Positions 12,226 through 27,312 of a stretch of 64,000 bases of DNA are shown here, piece by piece. This DNA is from Lingula anatina (Eukaryota > Animalia > Brachiopoda): contig CM120646.1 of the NCBI GenBank assembly GCA_051362555.1, positions 8,990,001 to 9,054,000 on the forward strand. Direction: 5' to 3'. Made by a program: the position numbers and the translations under genes. Below the pieces are notes generated by a model. The model searched no databases and was not told the origin of the DNA. It saw nothing but the letters and a program-made list of their open reading frames with translations. Numbering within the stretch: position 1 is the first letter of the stretch; each line of letters opens with the position of its first letter.

Positions 12226-14509
12226 CTGGAAAAAGAACAACATGTTTGATAAAAGTGAAAATTAAATTCTAAAAATTGACAAATTTCCCACACTAAAATA
12301 GTTGAACAATAATTTTGATAAACTTAACCTAACTGTTGACTATGTCTAATAAAAAGGATATTTTCAGAACATATAAATTTGAGAAATACTGAAAATGACA
12401 TTGAAAAGACTGCCAAATGCGGTGCCTTAAAATAGTTAAATGTTAATAATTTTCACAAATCTTGTGCAATATTTGTGGAATTTGGAGAGATGATGCTTAA
12501 CAATAATAAAAATCTGTGATAAGCTCATCAGTTGAATGTGTCTCATGAAAAAGAATTTTCAGAGCATATAAATGTGACAAAACTGAAAATGACACTGAAA
12601 AGACTGCCAAATGCGGTGCATTAAAATAGTTAAATATTAATAATATTCACAAATCTTGTCCAATATTTGTGGAATTTGGAGAGATGAAGCATAACAACAA
12701 TAAAAATCTGTGATAAGCTCAACAGTTGACTGTTTCTCATAAAAAATATTTTTTGGACAATAAATTTGAGAAAACTGAAAATGACATTGAAAAGACTGCT
12801 AAATTCCATGGCTCAAAATAGTTAAACTTTAATAATTTTCACAAATCTTGTCTAATATTTGTGAAATTTGGACAGATGATGCATAACAATAATAAAAATC
12901 TGTGAAAAGCTCATCAAATGAATGTGTCTCATGAAAAAGAATTTTCAGAGCATATAAATGTGAGAAAACTGAAAATGACACTAAAAAGACTGCAAAATTT
13001 CAAGGTATCAAATAGTTAAACATTAATATTTTTCACAAATCTTGTCCAATATTTGTGGGATTTGGAGAGATGCTGATTAACCATAATAAAAATCTGTGAT
13101 AAGCTCATCAGTTGACTCTGTCTCATTAAAAAGATTTTTTTGGACAATAAATTTGAGAAAATTGAAAATGACACTGAGAAGACTGCAAAAGGCGGTGCCT
13201 TAAAAAAGTTAAACGTTAATAATTTTCACAAAACTTGTTCAATATTTGTGAAATTTGGAGAGATGATGCTTAACAATAACAAAAATCTGTGATAAGTTTA
13301 ACAGTTGACAGTGTGTGACAGAATTGTAGTTGTTTGACATTTTGTATGCGAAGAGTGAAAATTATCTACAATATTTTTTTTTCAATTTCACAACATCTAA
13401 TTGGACTCACATTAAACATCAAATATTATGATTTGAGTTTGTTTGTGTAAGAGGTGACAAATTACCCATAATTTTCCTCTGGAAAAGAATATATACCCAT
13501 TTAAGACATCTCCTAACTACCAATACCAGATGCAGATTCCTCCTTACAATCGGTTTCTGGAATAGGGTTTAGCACACCATTTGACAATGTCCTAAAGCTT
13601 GCCATATACCATCTATTGTACACATGGATGAGACATAGCATTGCTCTTGCTGTTGTCTTTTGCTGTCTGTTTTTTCTATAGGAATTAGCCCTGACCAGAC
13701 AGGAAGAATCAGTTCACCAAAAAAGCCATCACGCTGTATGGAAAAGGTTACCTGGAAAAAGAACAATATGTTTGATAAAAGTGAAAATTAAATTCTAAAA
13801 ATTGACAAATTTCCCACACTAAAATAGATGAACAATAATTTTGATAAACTTAACCTAAACAGTTGACTAATACTAACAAAAAGGATATTTTCAGAACATA
13901 TAAATTTGAGAAATACTGAAAATGACATTGAAAAGACTGCCAAATGCGGTGCCTTAAAATAGTTAAATGTTAATAATTTTCACAAATCTTGTCCAATATT
14001 TTTCAAATTTGGACAGATGATGCATAACAATAATAAAAATCTGTGATAAGCTCAACAGTTGACTGTGTCTCATTAAAAAGGTTTTTTTGGACAAAATTTG
14101 AGAAAATTGAAAATGACACTGACTGCAAAATGCGGTGCCTTAAAATAGTTAAACATTAATAGTTTTCACAAAACTAGTTCAATATTTTTGAAATTTGGAG
14201 AGATGATGCATAACAATAACAAAAATCTGTGATAAGTTTAACAGTTGACAGTGTGTGACAGAATTGTATTTGTTTGACATTTTGTATGCGAAGAGTGAGA
14301 ATTATCTACAAGATTTTTTTTTCAATTTCACAACATCTAATTAGACTCACATTAAACATCAAATATTATGATTTGAGTTTGTTTGTGTAAGAGGTGACAA
14401 ATTACCCATAATTTTCCTCTGGAAAAGAATATATACCCATTTAAGACATCTCCTTACTACCAATACCAGATGCAGATTCCTCCTTTCAATCGGTTTCTGG
14501 AATTGAGGT

Positions 14510-14587
14510 TTAGCACACCATTTGACAATGTCCTAAAGCTTGCCATATACCATCTATTGTACACATGGATGAGACATAGCATTGTTC
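14510..14587 (-). pseudogene. Truncated cassette copy lacking the acceptor half
   Basis: The junction gcattgttc-a-acaaatcttgtc at 14587-14589 joins the cassette core to a monomer. Confidence 0.85.
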
Positions 14588-17500
14588 AACAAATCTTGTC
14601 TAATATTTGTGAAATTTGGATAGATGATGCATAACAACAATAAACATCTGTGATAAGCTCATCAGTTGACTGTGTCTCATGAAAAACATTTTTCAGAGCA
14701 AATAAATGTGAGAAAACTGAAAATAAAACTGAAAAGACTGCCAAATTCCATGGTATAAAATAGTTAAACATTAATATTTTTCACAAATCTTCTCCAATAT
14801 TTGTGGAATTGGGAGTGATAATGCTTAACAATAATAAAAATCTGTGATTAGCTCATCAGTTGACTGTGTTTCATGAAAAACATTTTTGAAAGCATATAAA
14901 TGTGAGAAAACTGAAAATAACATTGCAAAGACTGCAAAATTCCATGGCTTAAAATAGTTAAATGTTAATAATTTTCACAAATCTTCTCTAATATTTGTGG
15001 AATTTGGAGAGATGATGCTAAACAATAATAAAAATCTGTGATAAGCTCATCAGTTTACTGTGTCTCATGAAAAACATTTTTTTTTTGGTCAATAAATTTG
15101 AGAAAACTGAAAATAACACTGAAACGACTGCCAAATTCCATGGCTTAAAATAGTTAAACGTTAATAATTTTTACAAATCTTGTCTAATATTTATGAAATT
15201 TGGACAGATGATGCATAACAATAATAAAAATCTGCAATAAGCTCATCAGTTGAATGTGTCTCATTAAAAAGAATTTTCAGAGCATATAAATGTGAAAAAA
15301 CTGAAAATGACATTGCAAAGACTGCAAAATTCCATGGCTTAGAATAGTTAAACGTTAATAATTTTCACAAAACATGTTCAATATTTGTGAATTTTGGAGA
15401 GATGATGCTTAACAATATCAAAAATCTGTGATAAGTTTAACAGTTGACAGTGTGTGATAGAATTGTATTTGTTTGATATATTGTATGCGAAGAGTGAGAA
15501 TTATCTAAAATATCTTTTTTTTCAATTTCACATCTAATTAGACTCACATTCAACATCAAATATTATGATTTGAGTTTGTTTGTGTAAGAGGTGACAAATT
15601 ACCCATAATTTTCCTCTGGAAAAGAATATATACCCATTTAAGACATCTCCTTACTACCAATACCAGATGCAGATTCCTCCTTACAATCGGTTTCTGGAAT
15701 AGGGTTTAGCACACCATTTGACAATGTCCTAAAGCTTGCCATATATCATCTATTGTACACATGGATGAGACATAGCATTGCTCTTGCTGTTGTCTTTTGC
15801 TGTCTGTTTTTTCTATAGGAATTAGCCCTGACCAGACAGGAAGAATCAGTTCACCAAAAAAGCCATCACGCTGTATGGAAAAGGTTACCTGTAAAAAGAA
15901 CAATATGTTTGATAAAAGTGAAAATTAAATTCTAAAAATTGACAAATTTCCCACACTAAAATAGATGAACAATAATTTTGATAAACTTAACCTAAACAGT
16001 TGACTATGACTAACAAAAAGGATATTTTCAGAACATATAAATTTGAGAAATACTGAAAATGACATTGAAAAGACTGCCAAATGCGGTGCCTTAAAATAGT
16101 TAATTGTTAATAATTTTCACAAACCTTGTCCAATATTTTTCAAATTTGGACAGATGATGCCTAACAATAATAAAAATCTGTGATAAGCTCATCAGTTGAA
16201 TGTGTCTCATGAAAAAGAATTTTCAGAGCATATAAATGTGAAAAAACTGAAAATGACATTGCAAAGACTGCAAAATTCCATGGCTTAAAATAGTTAAACT
16301 TTAATAATTTTCACAAATCTTGTCTAATATTTGTGAAATTTGGACAGATGATGCATAACAACAATAAAAATCTGTGATTAGCTCATCAGTTTACTGTGTT
16401 TCATGAAAAACATTTTTGAGAGCATATAAATGTGAGAAAACTGAAAATGACATTGCAAAGACTGCAAAATTCCATGGCTTAAAATAGCTAAATGTTAAAA
16501 ATTTTCACAAATCTTGTCTAATATTTGTGGAATTTGGAGAGATGATGCTTAACAATAATAAAAATCTGTGATAAGCTCATCAGTTTACTGTGTCTCATGA
16601 AAAACATTTTTTTTTTGGACAATAAATTTGAGAAAACTGAAAATAACACTGAAACGACTGCCAAATTCCATGGCTTAAAATAGTTAAACGTTAATAATTT
16701 TTACAAATCTTGTCTAATATTTATGAAATTTGGACAGATGATGCATAACAATAATAAAAATCTGCGATAAGCTCATCAGTTGAATGTGTCTCATTTAAAA
16801 GAATTTTCAGAGCATATAAATGTGAAAAAACTGAAAATGACATTGCAAAGACTGCAAAATTCCATGGCTTAGAATAGTTAAACGTTAATAATTTTCACAA
16901 AACATTTTCAATATTTGTGAAATTTGGAGAGATGATGCTTAACAATATCAAAAATCTGTGATAAGTTTAACAGTTGACAGTGTGTGATAGTATTGTAGTT
17001 GTTTGACATATTGTATGCGAAGAGTGAGAATTATCTACAATATTTTTTTTTCAATTTCACAACATCTAATTAGACTCACATTAAACATCAAATATTATGA
17101 TTTGAGTTTGTTTGTGTAAGAGGTGACAAATTACCCATAATTTTCCTCTGGAAAAGAATATATACCCATTTAAGACATCTCCTTACTACCAATACCAGAT
17201 GCAGATTCCTCCTTACAATCGGTTTCTGGAATAGGGTTTAGCACACCATTTGACAATGTCCTAAAGCTTGCCATATACCATCTATTGTACACATGGATGA
17301 GACATAGCATTGTTCTTGCTGTTGTCTTTTGCTGTCTGTTTTTTCTATAGGAATTAGCCCTGACCAGACAGGAAGAATCAGTTCACCAAAAAAGCCATCA
17401 CGCTGTATGGAAAAGGTCACCTGGAAAAAGAACAACATGTTTGATAAAAGTGAAAACTTAATTCTAAAAATTGACAAATTTCACACACTAAAATAGTTGA

Positions 17501-20500
17501 ACAATAATTTTGATAAACTTAACCTAAACAGTTGACTATGACTAATAAAAAGGATATTTTCAGAACATATAAATTTGAGAAATACTTAAAATGACATTGA
17601 AAAGACTGCCAAATGCGGTGCCTTAAAATAGTTAAAAGTTAACAATTTTCACAAATCTTGTCCAATATTTGTGAAATTTGGACAGATGATGCATAACTAT
17701 AATAAAAATCTACGATAAGCTCACCAGTTGAATGTGTCTCATGAAAAATCTTTTTTTACAGCATATATATGTGAGAAAACTGAAACTGACATTCCAAAGA
17801 CTGCAAAATTCCATGGCTTAAAATAGTTAAACGTTAATAATTTTCACAAATCTTGTCTAATATTTGTGAAATTTGGATAGATGATGTATAACAACAATAA
17901 AAATCTGTGATAAGCTCAACAGTTGACTGTCTCATAAAAAATATTTTTTTGGACAATAAAATTGAGAAAACTGAAAATGACATTGAAAAGACTGTCAAAT
18001 GCCGTGCCTTAAAATAGTTAAATGTTAATAATTTTCACAAATCTTGTCCAATATTTTTCAAATTTGGACAGATGATGCATAACAATAATAAAAGTCTGTG
18101 ATAAGCTCATCAGTTGAATGTGTCTCATGAAAAAGAATTTTCAGAGCATATAAATGTGAAAAAACTGAAACTGACATTGCAAAGACTGCAAAATTCCATG
18201 GCTTAAAATAGTTAAACTTTAATATTTTTCACAAATCTTGTCCAATATTTGTGGAATTGGGAGTGATGATGCTTAACAATAATAAAAATCTGTGATTAGC
18301 TCATCAGTTTACTGTGTTTCACGAAAAACATTTTTGAGAGCATATAAATGTGAAAAAACTGAAAATGACATTGCAAAGACTGCAAAATTCCATGGCTTAA
18401 AATAGTTAAACTTTAATAATTTTCACAAATCTTGTGTAATATTTGTGAAATTTGGATAGATGATGCATAACAACAATAAAAATCTGTGATAAGCTCATCA
18501 GTTGACTGTGTCTCATGAAAAACATTTTTTTTTTTGGACAATAAATTTGAGAAAACTGAAAATAACACTGAAACGACTGCCAAATTCCATGGCTTAAAAT
18601 AGTTAAACGTTAATAATTTTTACAAATCTTGTCTAATATTTATGAAATTTGGACAGATGATGCATAACAATAATAAAAATCTGCGATAAGCGCATCAGTT
18701 GAATGTGTCTCATTAAAAAGAATTTTCAGAGCATATAAATGTGAAAAAACTGAAAATGACATTGCAAAGACTGCAAAATTCCATGGCTTAGAATAGTTAA
18801 ACGTTAATAATTTTCACAAAACATGTTCAATATTTGTGAAATTTGGAGAGATGATGCTTAACAATATCAAAAATCTGTGATAAGTTTAACAGTTGACAGT
18901 GTGTGATAGAATTGTAGTTGTTTGACGTATTGTATGCGAAGAGTGAGAATTATCTAAAATATTTTTTTTTTCAATTTCACAACATCTAATTAGACTCACA
19001 TTAAACATCAAATATTATGATTTGAGTTTGTTTGTGTAAGAGGTGACAAATTACCCATAATTTTCCTCTGGAAAAGAATATATACCCATTTAAGACATCT
19101 CCTTACTACCAATACCAGATGCAGATTCCTCCTTACAATCGGTTTCTGGAATAGGGTTTAGCACACCATTTGACAATGTCCTAAAGCTTGCCATATATCA
19201 TCTATTGTACACATGGATGAGACATAGCATTGCTCTTGCTGTTGTCTTTTGCTGTCTGTTTTTTCTAAAGGAATTAGCCCTGACCAGACAGGAAGAATCA
19301 GTTCACCAAAAAAGCCATCACACTGTGTGGAAAAGGTTACATGGAAAAAGAACAATATGTTTGATAAAAGTGAAAATTAAATTCTAAAAATTGACAAATT
19401 TCCCACACTAAAATAGATTAACAATAATTTTGATAAACTTAACCTAAACAGTTGACTATGACTAACAAAAAGGATATTTTCAGAACATATAAATTTGAGA
19501 AATACTGAAAATGACATTGAAAAGACTGCCAAATGCGGTGCCTTAAAATAGTTAAATGTTAATAATTTTCACAAATCTTGTCCAATATTTTTCAAATTTG
19601 GACAGATGATGCATAACAATAATAAAAATCTGTGATAAGCTCATCAGTTGAATGTGTCTCATCAAAAAGAATTTTCAGAGCATATAAATGTGAAAAAACT
19701 GAAAATGACATTGCAAAGACTGCAAAATTCCATGGCTTAAGATAGTTAAACTTTAATAATTTTCACAAATCTTGTCCAATATTTGTGAAATTTGGATAGA
19801 TGATGCATAACAACAATAAAAATCTGTGATAAGCGCGTCAGTTGACTGTGTCTCATGAAAAACATTGTTCAGAGCAAATAAATGTGAGAAAACTGAAAAT
19901 AAAACTGAAAAGACTGCCAAATTCCATGGTATAAAATAGTTAAACATTAATATTTTTCACAAATCTTCTCCAATATTTGTGGAATTGGGTGTGATGATGC
20001 TTAACAATAATAAAAATCTGTGATTAGCTCATCAGTTTACTGTGTTTCATGAAAAACATTTTTGAGAGCATATAAATGTGAGAAAACTGAAAATGACATT
20101 GCAAAGACTGCAAAATTCCATGGCTTAAAATACTTAAATGTTAATAATTTTCACAAATCTTGTCTAATATTTGTGGAATTTGGAGAGATGATGCTTAACA
20201 ATAATAAAAATCTGTGATAAGCTCATCAAATGAATGTGTCTCATGAAAAACATTTTTTTTTTTTTTGGACAATAAATTTGAGAAAACTGAAAATAACACT
20301 GAAACGACTGCCAAATTCCATGGCTTAAAATAGTTAAACATTAATAATTTTTACAAATCTTGTCTAATATTTATGAAATTTGGACAGATGATGCATAACA
20401 ATAATAAAAATTTGCGATAAGCTCATCAGTTGAATGTGTCTCATTAAAAAGAATTTTCAGAGCATATAAATGTGAAAAAACTGAAAATGACATTGCAAAG

Positions 20501-23500
20501 ACTGCAAAATTCCATGGCTTAGAATAGTTAAACGTTAATAATTTTCACAAAACATGTTCAATATTTGTGAAATTTGGAGAGATGATGCTTAACGATATCA
20601 AAAATCTGTGATAAGTTTAACAGTTGACAGTGTGTGACAGAATTGTAGTTGTTTGACATTTTGTATGCGAAGAGTGAGAATTATCTACAATATTTTTTTT
20701 TCAATTTCACAACATCTAATTAGACTCACATTAAACATCAAATATTATGATTTGAGTTTGTTTGTGTAAGAGGTGACAAATTACCCATAATTTTCCTCTG
20801 GAAAAGAATATATACCCATTTAAGACATCTCCTTACTACCAATACCAGATGCAGATTCCTCCTTTCAATCGGTTTCTGGAATTGAGGTTTAGCACACCAT
20901 TTGACAATGTCCTAAAGCTTGCCATATACCATCTATTGTACACATGGATGAGACATAGCATTGTTCTTGCTGTTGTCTTTTGCTGTCTGTTTTTTCTATA
21001 GGAATTAGCCCTGACCAGACAGGAAGAATCAGTTCACCAAAAAAGCCATCACGCTGTATGGAAAAGGTCACCTGGAAAAAGAACAACATGTTTGATAAAA
21101 GTGAAAACTAAATTCTAAAAATTGACAAATTTCCCACACTAAAATAGTTGAACAATAATTTTGATAAACTTAACCTAAACAGTTGACTATGACTAATAAA
21201 AAGGATATTTTCAGAACATATAAATTTGAGAAATACTTAAAATGACATAGAAAAGACTGCCAAATGCGGTGCCTTAAAATAGTTAAATGTTAATAATTTT
21301 CACAAATCTTGTCCAATATTTGTGAAATTTGGATAGATGATGCATAACAACAATAAAAATCTGTAATAAGCTCGTCAGTTGACTGTGTTTCATGAAAAAC
21401 ATTTTTCAGAGCAAATAAATGTGAGAAAACTAAAAATAAAACTGAAAAGACTGCCAAATTCCATGGTATAAAATAGTTAAACATTAATATTTTTCACAAA
21501 TCTTCTCCAATATTTGTGGAATTGGGTGTGATGATGCATAACTATAATAAAAATCTTTGATAAGCTCATCAGTTGAATGTGTCTCATGAAAAATCTTTTT
21601 TTAGAGCATATAAATGTGAGAAAAATAAAACTGACATTGCAAAGACTGCAAAATTCCATGGCTTAAAATAGTTAAACGTTAATAATTTTCACAAATCTTG
21701 TCTAATATTTGTGAAATTTGGATAGATGATACATAACAACAATAAAAATCTGTGATAAGCTCAACAGTTGACTGTCTCATAAAAAATATTTTTTTGGACA
21801 ATGAAATTGAGAAAACTGAAAATGACATTGAAAAGACTGTCAAATGCGGTGCCTTAAAATAGTTAAATGTTAATAATTTTCACAAATCTTGTCCAATATT
21901 TTTCAAATTTGGACAGATGATGCATAACAATAATAAAAGTCTGGGATAAGCTCATCAGTTGAATGTGTCTCATGAAAAAGAATTTTCAGAGCATATAAAT
22001 GTGAAAAAACTGAAACTGACATTGCAAAGACTGCAAAATTCCATGGCTTAAAATAGTTAAACGTTAATAATTTTCACAAATCTTGTCTAATATTTGTGAA
22101 ATTTGGATAGATGATGCATAACAACAATAAAAATCTGTGATAAGCTCATCAGTTGACTGTGTCTCATTAAAAAGTTTTTTTTGGACAATAAAATTGAGAA
22201 AACTGAAAATGACATTGAAAAGACTGCAAAAGGCGGTGCCTTAAAATAGTTAAACATTAATAGTTTTCACAAAACTAGTTCAATATTTTTGAAATTTGGA
22301 GAGATGATGCATAACAATAATAAAAATCTGTGATAAGTTTAACAGTTGACAGTGTGTGACAGAATTGTAGTTGTTTGACATTTTGTACGCGAAGAGTGAG
22401 AATTATCCATAATATTTTTTTTTCAATTTCACAACATCTAATTAGACTCACATTAAGCATTAAATATTATGATTTGAGTTTGTTTGTGTAAGAGGTGACA
22501 AATTACCCATAATTTTCCTCTGGAAAAGAATATATACCCATTTTAGACATCTCCTTACTACCAATACCAGATGCAGATTCCTCCTTACAATCGGTTTCTG
22601 GAATTGAGGTTTAGCACACCATTTGACAATGTCCTAAAGCTTGCCATATACCATCTATTGTACACATGGATGAGACATAGCATTGCTCTTGCTGTTGTCT
22701 TTTGCTGTCTGTTTTTTCTGTAGGAATTAGCCCTGACCAGACAGGAAGAATCAGTTCACCAAAAAAGCCATCACGCTGTATGGAAAAGGTTACCTGGAAA
22801 AAGAACAATATGTTTGATAAAAGTGAAAATTAAATTCTAAAAATTGACAAATTTCCCACACTAAAATAGTTGAACAATAATTTTGATAAACTTAACCTAA
22901 CGGTTGACTATGTCTAATAAAAAGGATATTTTCAGAACATATAAATTTGAGAAATACTGAAAATGACATTGAAAAGACTGCAAAATGCGGTGCCTTAAAA
23001 TAGTTAAATGTTAATAATTTTCACAAATCTTGTCCAATATTTATGGAATTTGGAGAGATGATGCTTTACAATAATAAAAATCTTTGATAAGCTCATCAGT
23101 TGAATGTGTCTCATGAAAAAGAATTTTCAGAGCATATAAATGTGAGAAAACTGAAAATGACATTGCAAAGACTGCAAAATTCCATGGCTTAAAATAGTTA
23201 AATGTTAATAATTTTCACAAATCTTGTCTAATATTTGTGGAATTTGGAGAGATGATGCTTAACAATAATAAAAATCTGTGATAAGCTCATCAAATGAATG
23301 TGTCTCATGAAAAACATTTTTTTTTTTTTTTGGACAATAAATTTGAGAAAACTGAAAATAACACTGAAACGACTGCCAAATTCCATGGCTTAAAATAGTT
23401 AAACGTTAATAATTTTTACAAATCTTGTCTAATATTTATGAAATTTGGACAGATGATGCATAACAATAATAAAAATCTGCGATAAGCTCATCAGTTGAAT

Positions 23501-26500
23501 GTGTCTCATTAAAAAGAATTTTCAGAGCATATAAATGTGAAAAAACTGAAAATGACATTGCAAAGACTGCAAAATTCCATGGCTTAGAATAGTTAAACGT
23601 TAATAATTTTCACAAAACATGTTCAATATTTGTGAAATTTGGAGAGATGATGCTTAACGATATCAAAAATCTGTGATAAGTTTAACAGTTGACAGTGTGT
23701 GATAGAATTGTAGTTGTTTGACATATTGTATGCGAAGAGTGAGAATTATCTACAATATTTTTTTTTCAATTTCACAACATCTAATTAGACTCACATTAAA
23801 CATCAAATATTATGATTTGAGTTTGTTTGTGTAAGAGGTGACAAATTACCCATAATTTTCCTCTGGAAAAGAATATATACCCATTTAAGACATCTCCTTA
23901 CTACCAATACCAGATGCAGATTCCTCCTTTCAATCGGTTTCTGGAATTGAGGTTTAGCACACCATTTGACAATGTCCTAAAGCTTGCCATATACCATCTA
24001 TTGTACACATGGATGAGACATAGCATTGTTCTTGCTGTTGTCTTTTGCTGTCTGTTTTTTCTATAGGAATTAGCCCTGACCAGACATGAAGAATCAGTTC
24101 ACCAAAAAAGCCATCACGCTGTATGGAAAAGGTCACCTGGAAAGAGAACAACATGTTTGATAAAAGTGAAAACTAAATTCTAAAAATTGACAAATTTCCC
24201 ACACTAAAATAGTTGAACAATAATTTTGATAAACTTAACCTAAACAGTTGACTATGACTAATAAAAAGGATATTTTCAGAACATATAAATTTGAGAAATA
24301 CTTAAAATGACATTGAAAAGACTGCCAAATGCGGTGCCTTAAAATAGTTAAATGTTAATAATTTTCACAAATCTTGTCCAATATTTGTGAAATTTGGACA
24401 GATGATGCATAACTATAATAAAAATCTATGATGTATGATGCATAACAACAATAAAAATCTGTGATAAGCTCAACAGTTGACTGTCTCATAAAAAATATTT
24501 TTTTGGACAATAAAATTTAGAAAACTGAAAATGACATTAAAAAGACTGTCAAATGCGGTGCCTTAAAATAGTTAAATATTAATAATTTTCACAAATCTTG
24601 GCCAATATTTTTCAAATTTGGACAGATGATGCATAACAATAATAAAAGTCTGGGATAAGCTCATCAGTTGAATGTGTCTCATGAAAAAGAATTTTCAGAG
24701 CATATAAATGTGAAAAAACTGAAACTGACATTGCAAAGACTGCAAAATTCCATGGCTTAAAATAGTTAAACGTTAATAATTTTCACAAATCTTGTCTAAT
24801 ATTTGTGAAATTTGGATAGATGATGCATAACAACAATAAAAATCTGTGATAAGCTCATCAGTTGACTGTGTCTCATTAAAAAGTTTTTTTTGGACAATAA
24901 AATTGAGAAAACTGAAAATGACATTGAAAAGACTGCAAAAGGACATTTTGTACGTGAAGAGTGAGAATTATCCATAATATTTTTTTTTCAATTTCACAAC
25001 ATCTAATTAGACTCACATTAAACATTAAATATTATGATTTGAGTTTGTTTGTGTAAGAGGTGACAAATTACCCATAATTTTCCTCTGGAAAAGAATATAT
25101 ACCCATTTAAGACATCTCCTTACTACCAATACCAGATGCAGATTCCTCCTTACAATCGGTTTCTGGAATAGGGTTTAGCACACCATTTGACAATGTCCTA
25201 AAGCTTGCCATATATCATCTATTGTACACATGGATGAGACATAGCATTGCTCTTGCTGTTGTCTTTTGCTGTCTGTTTTTTCTATAGGAATTAGATCTGA
25301 CCAGACAGGAAGATTCAGTTCACCAAAAAAGCCATCACGCTGTATGGAAATGGTTACCTGGAAAAAGAACAATATGTTTGATAAAAGTGAAAATTAAATT
25401 CTAAAAGTTGACAAATTTCCCACACTAAAATAGATGAACAATAATTTTGATAAACTTAACCTAAACAGTTGACTATGACTAATAAAAAGGATATTTTCAG
25501 AACATATAAATTTGAGAAATACTGAAAATGACATTGAAAAGACTGCCAAATGCAATGCCTTAAAATAGTTAAATGTTAATAATTTTCATAAATCTTGTCC
25601 AATATTTTTCAAATTTGGACAGATGATGCATAACAATAATAAAAATCTGTGATAAGCTCATCAGTTGAATGTGTCTCATGAAAAAGAATTTTCAGAGCAT
25701 ATAAATGTGAAAAAACTGAAAATGACATTGCAAAGACTGCAAAATTCCATGGCTTAAAATAGTTAAACTTTAATAATTTTCACAAATCTTGTCTAATATT
25801 TGTGAAATTTGGATAGATGATGCATAACAACAATAAAAAGTTGTGATAAGCTCATCAGTTGACTGTGTCTCATGAAAAACATTTTTCAGAGCAAATAAAT
25901 GTGAGAAAACTGAAAATAAAACTGAAAAGACTGCCAAATTCCATGGTATAAAATAGTTAAACATTAATATTTTTCACAAATCTTCTCCAATATTTGTGGA
26001 ATTGGGAGTGATGATGCTTAACAATAATAAAAATCTGTGATTAGCTCATCAGTTTACTGTGTTTCATGAAAAACATTTTTGAGAGCATATAAATGTGAGA
26101 AAACTGAAAATGACATTGCAAAGACTGCAAAATTCCATGGCTTAAAATAGTTAAACATTAATAATTTTCACAAATCTTGTCTAATATTTGTGGAATTTGG
26201 AGAGATGATGCTTAACAACAATAAAAATCTGTGATAAGCTCATCAGTTGACTGTGTCTCATTAAAAAGGTTTTTTTGGAAAATAAATTTGAGAAAAATGA
26301 AAATGACACTGAGAAGACTGCAAAATGCGGTGCCTTAAAATAGTTAAACGTTAATAATTTTCACAAATCTTGTCCAATATTTTTTAAATTTGGACAGATG
26401 ATGCATAACAATAATAAAAGTCTGTGATAAGCTCATCAGTTGAATGTGTTTCATGAAAAAGAATTTTCAGAACATATAAATGTGAAAAAACTGAAACTGA

Positions 26501-27024
26501 CATTGCAAAGCCTGCAAAATTCCATGGCTTAAAATAGTTAAACGTTAATAATTTTCACAAATCTTGTCTAATATTTGTGAAATTTGGATAGATGATGCAT
26601 AACAACAATAAAAATCTGTGATCAGCTCATCAGTTGACTGTGTCTCATTAAAAAGGTTTTTTTGGACAATAAATTTGAGAAAATTGAAAATGACACTGAG
26701 AAGACTGCAAAAGGCGGTGCCTTAAAATAGTTAAACGTTAATAATTTTCACAAAACTAGTTCAATATTTGTGAAATTTGGAGAGATGATGCTTAACAATA
26801 TCAAAAATCTGTGATAAGTTTAACAGTTGACAGTGTGTGACAGAATTGTAGTTGTTTGACATTTTGTATGCGAAGAGTGAGAATTATCTACAATATTTTT
26901 TTTTTCAATTTCACAACATCTAATTAGACTCACATTAAACATCAAATATTATGATTTGAGTTTGTTTGTGTAAGAGGTGACAAATTACCCATAATTTTCC
27001 TCTGGAAAGCTGCAAAGCTGTCAA

Positions 27025-27035
27025 ATGTACAGACA
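27025..27035. repeat. Subterminal inverted repeat (3' end of element), ATGTACAGACA
   Basis: Perfect 11-bp reverse complement of TGTCTGTACAT at 29408-29418. Confidence 0.9.
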
Positions 27036-27312
27036 AAAATCAGAAAATAAAGATGCAAAATAGGTCATTTTGTCAATTTTGATGCAATAATAAATAATGC
27101 TTATAATAACACAGTCAGTTAACACTGATTTTTAAACATGTACAGCAGGTTACATGTTCAATAACAGGAGCAGATCAAGAGATATTTTCTGACAGTATTG
27201 CAAAGTATCTTTGTTGATCCATCCTCCACTTTTGATGGTCTTCCAACAGAAAAAAATTGATACCAGTCAATGTAAAATTTAAAATCTGACCGTCATCTGA
27301 AAGACCCAGAAG

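Larger units (their letters stand above)
1..27008. repeat. Composite macrosatellite, left (heterogeneous) domain: ~560-bp cassette plus variable numbers of 194-bp monomers; continues beyond the window start
   Basis: Cassette ORF stop positions recur at 535, 2067, 3592, 5183, 6516, 8048, 9189, 10323, 12042, 13569, (14510 truncated), 15706, 17238, 19158, 20889, 22611, 23954 and 25175. Spacings run from ~940 to 1920 bp, mostly close to 755 + n x 194. All copies are in the same orientation. Confidence 0.97.

Noticed and set aside
11974-12243. 89-aa ORF as the intact ancestral gene or a programmed frameshift product
   Set aside because: It is present in one copy only, through a +1 homopolymer change. 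The second frame has stops or an indel in many other copies (TGA alleles, ggaattgagg).
21477-22460. Isolated ORFs 21477..21659 and 22275..22460 (also 11111..11305 and 62258..62443)
   Set aside because: These are single-copy chance openings in repeat variants, and the same frame is closed in sister copies.
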